The notes below the pieces were generated by a model. It ran no database searches. It saw only the letters and a list, made by a program, of their open reading frames with translations, and was not told where the DNA came from. From a virus (Duplodnaviria; Caudoviricetes), in IMG/VR virus record IMGVR_UViG_3300024259_000011: a stretch of 64,000 nt of DNA; one strand, 5' to 3'. Positions 62,075 to 64,000 of this stretch are shown piece after piece (position 1 is the first letter of the stretch; each line of letters starts with the position of its first letter). The translations under genes were made by a program, and so were the position numbers.

Positions 62075-64000
62075 TTAGTCGTCGAATGCTGCGCCGGAAT
62101 CCGTAATCACGAAGTCGATGGCGATGAACTCGATTGCCTTAGCAGGCTTCAAGTAGATCTTAGCGTACATAATGTTTCTGTCGATAAGATCTGGTGTGGT
62201 TGTGCTTTCATCCAAGATAACCTTGAAGTCCATGAGTCCGAGTCGCGACTTGACGCTTCCCAAGAAAGGAGAGACTTTAGAGGTGAACTTCAGCCATGTG
62301 GACTTAACGTTCTGGTCGAAGAGCAACGTTGCCGCCATTCTTGAGACCTCGCGCTTGACATAAATCATCAAGCGACGTACGTTAATACGGTCAAGTGCTG
62401 ACTGGGTAACTTGAAGCGTCTTCTGACCGAAGATTACGATGCCCTCTGCGGGGAATTGTGCAATCGGGTTGATGTTCGCATCGTAGAGGTCATCTCTTTC
62501 CTTGGAAGTCAAGCGTTCGCTGACTGCAAGGACGGGAAGACCACCTCGACCCTCTGACAAACCACCTCGGGTGAAGCCAGCAGGAGCAAACCAAAGCTCC
62601 TGAGTCTTCTGACCATATGACATGGCACCGAGAGCGACAACGGAGGGCGGAACCCAAACACGCTGCGAAGTTTGCGGATCTGAAATCTGGACCCATGGGA
62701 AGTAGCAGGCTCCATAACTGGAGTTAAGTCCGCGTGTCCTCATGTTACTGACAGCAGTAGTGATGTTTGCACCACGGTTCTCTGCAGACTCAGTAGATTC
62801 GGTCTTGGGAGTGTATGCGTTAGCAATATCAATAATCGCCAAGCAGTCTCCACGATCCTCTGCTGTGTTGATGGCATGGTTAGTCAAGCCCGTGTGGGTA
62901 ACACCCGGGATAGCCAACAAGTCCATATCAATAACCTCGGGATCTGCGACCATATCAATAGCCTTCTTGATTGAGTAGTATGCGTAGTTAGTAGTCTCGG
63001 CAGCGTTGCTGGCAAGAACGACGTTGTTGAACGGCTCTGATTGTTTAACATCTACGCCCTCGAAACCACCGTAAAGTGGAAGAACGAAGCGGTTTGCGCC
63101 TGCATCCAGTGGTCCCTTGTAGGACGAGCTAGCAGCAGTCAGCGAAGTACCTGCAAGGCGTGAGCCAGAGAGGTAAGTGGTGTGTGCCGCTTGTCCTGAG
63201 TTCGTGGACTTGATGTCATCAAGTGTGAAGTAGAAGGAAACCTCAGTATCTGCTGACGCTGCAGCATCGTATGAGTCTACACCATAAGGAAGTGCCTGTA
63301 CAGTGTCGCCCCAACTGGTTTCAAACAGAATGTCTGAATCTTCACGGGTTGAATCAACACCCCAGTATGCGTTTCTCGCATCAGACAAACCGCCATTAGA
63401 ACTTGACTGTCTAAGGTACAGTTGTGGGAAGACGTAAGAGCCACTGAATCCAACCTCGGATGCGGCACCAGAAACGTGTACTAGGACCGAGCCAGAGGCT
63501 ACGCCACCTGCCCAGCCGCCTGCACTGTCGGGATCGCCGTTGCCGAGATCAGAACCGGGCTCACCTGAACCTCCGTCCTTGCCGAATACGTTCTGATAAG
63601 CATTGCCGAAATCGTTACCCGGGTTGGCAACCATGGTGGCTCCGCCATCACTTGCAACAGCCGCTGCAACAGAGCCAGAGTTAAGCGTGAAGCCAATAAA
63701 GCGGGGAGGTCCGTAGAAGCCGAAGGGAAGCAGAGACTGGTCTGCAGTTCCGATTTCGACTGCGTTGTTGAGTTCTACACGAACGAACTTGGACATGTTA
63801 GTGTGCTCGCCGTATTGCCTATAGCGCTTCTCGGTATCACTCCAAACGCTTCGCCTGTCGCCAATCTTACGACCAACAAAGTTCGTAGAGAACGGGTTCA
63901 GGTTACATCCTGAGAATCTTTCAACAATCTTAACAGAGTTATCGAGGTCATCCGCCTTGCGAATAACAACATCGAAGGTTCCGTACTTGTCATAGTCGTT
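62075..64000 (-). CDS. Contractile tail sheath protein (5'-partial; open to the window edge)
   Basis: LLAIPG, WFAPAGFTRG, INPI..F...G..IFGQKTLQ...SALDRINVRRL; frame stays open from 63796 to 64000. Confidence 0.93.
   Translation of the reverse strand, partial: NDYDKYGTFDVVIRKADDLDNSVKIVERFSGCNLNPFSTNFVGRKIGDRRSVWSDTEKRYRQYGEHTNMSKFVRVELNNAVEIGTADQSLLPFGFYGPPRFIGFTLNSGSVAAAVASDGGATMVANPGNDFGNAYQNVFGKDGGSGEPGSDLGNGDPDSAGGWAGGVASGSVLVHVSGAASEVGFSGSYVFPQLYLRQSSSNGGLSDARNAYWGVDSTREDSDILFETSWGDTVQALPYGVDSYDAAASADTEVSFYFTLDDIKSTNSGQAAHTTYLSGSRLAGTSLTAASSSYKGPLDAGANRFVLPLYGGFEGVDVKQSEPFNNVVLASNAAETTNYAYYSIKKAIDMVADPEVIDMDLLAIPGVTHTGLTNHAINTAEDRGDCLAIIDIANAYTPKTESTESAENRGANITTAVSNMRTRGLNSSYGACYFPWVQISDPQTSQRVWVPPSVVALGAMSYGQKTQELWFAPAGFTRGGLSEGRGGLPVLAVSERLTSKERDDLYDANINPIAQFPAEGIVIFGQKTLQVTQSALDRINVRRLMIYVKREVSRMAATLLFDQNVKSTWLKFTSKVSPFLGSVKSRLGLMDFKVILDESTTTPDLIDRNIMYAKIYLKPAKAIEFIAIDFVITDSGAAFDD

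Noticed and set aside
302-63684. All plus-strand ORFs in the track
   Set aside because: Each lies antisense to a better-supported minus-strand gene and shows no recognisable motif; treated as shadow ORFs.
7837-63696. Short minus-strand ORFs nested out of frame in large genes (e.g. 12024..12434, 13908..14327, 36759..37010, 62490..62696)
   Set aside because: They lie wholly inside well-supported CDSs and have no motif or RBS support.
1-64000. tRNA, rRNA or other structured ncRNA genes
   Set aside because: Intergenic gaps are short and I saw no cloverleaf or T-loop/D-loop signatures; tRNAscan-SE/Infernal would be the decisive check.
1-64000. Alternative genetic code
   Set aside because: Long core genes are uninterrupted in the standard code and TAA, TGA and TAG all end genes.

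Overview
The window is an internal 64-kb segment of a large, contractile-tailed dsDNA bacteriophage (jumbo/T4-superfamily-like myovirus). All credible genes lie on the minus strand and use the standard code. Reading in gene direction (64000 -> 1): tail module (sheath, tube, gp26/gp51-like chaperones, tape measure, baseplate); a minimal family A polymerase; tubulin/FtsZ-like protein; gp32-like SSB; Dam-type methylase; RecA; 5'-3' exonuclease; DnaB-like helicase; class II ribonucleotide reductase; GroES; DnaE; two ClpP; dUTPase; a frameshifted IMPDH/GMPR; amidase endolysin; GroEL; PMM/cupin; large acidic putative virion proteins; and an accessory region (about 1-9.6 kb) of short ORFs. The most striking unexplained structure is at 178-2609: ten paralogous 50-95 aa SH3/KOW-like miniprotein genes (M[KQ]VGDLV...EVI[NS][EA]SR*) with divergent cores. 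They are joined by a conserved ~28-bp junction that encodes at once the last strand and stop of one module and the Shine-Dalgarno and start of the next, and they sit behind repeated ~50-75-bp promoter/RBS cassettes with an ECF-sigma-like signature (TGAATA-N16-CGTCTAA). Other notable items: three nuclease/methylase pairs (one XhoI/PaeR7I-like, with CTCGAG apparently absent from the window), a late-type motif ACTANTTA just upstream of many genes, a shared N-terminal WxxFLxE motif on unrelated late proteins, and a candidate programmed frameshift in the tail chaperone locus. Family assignments come from motif recognition by eye, not database searches, and all counts are manual.
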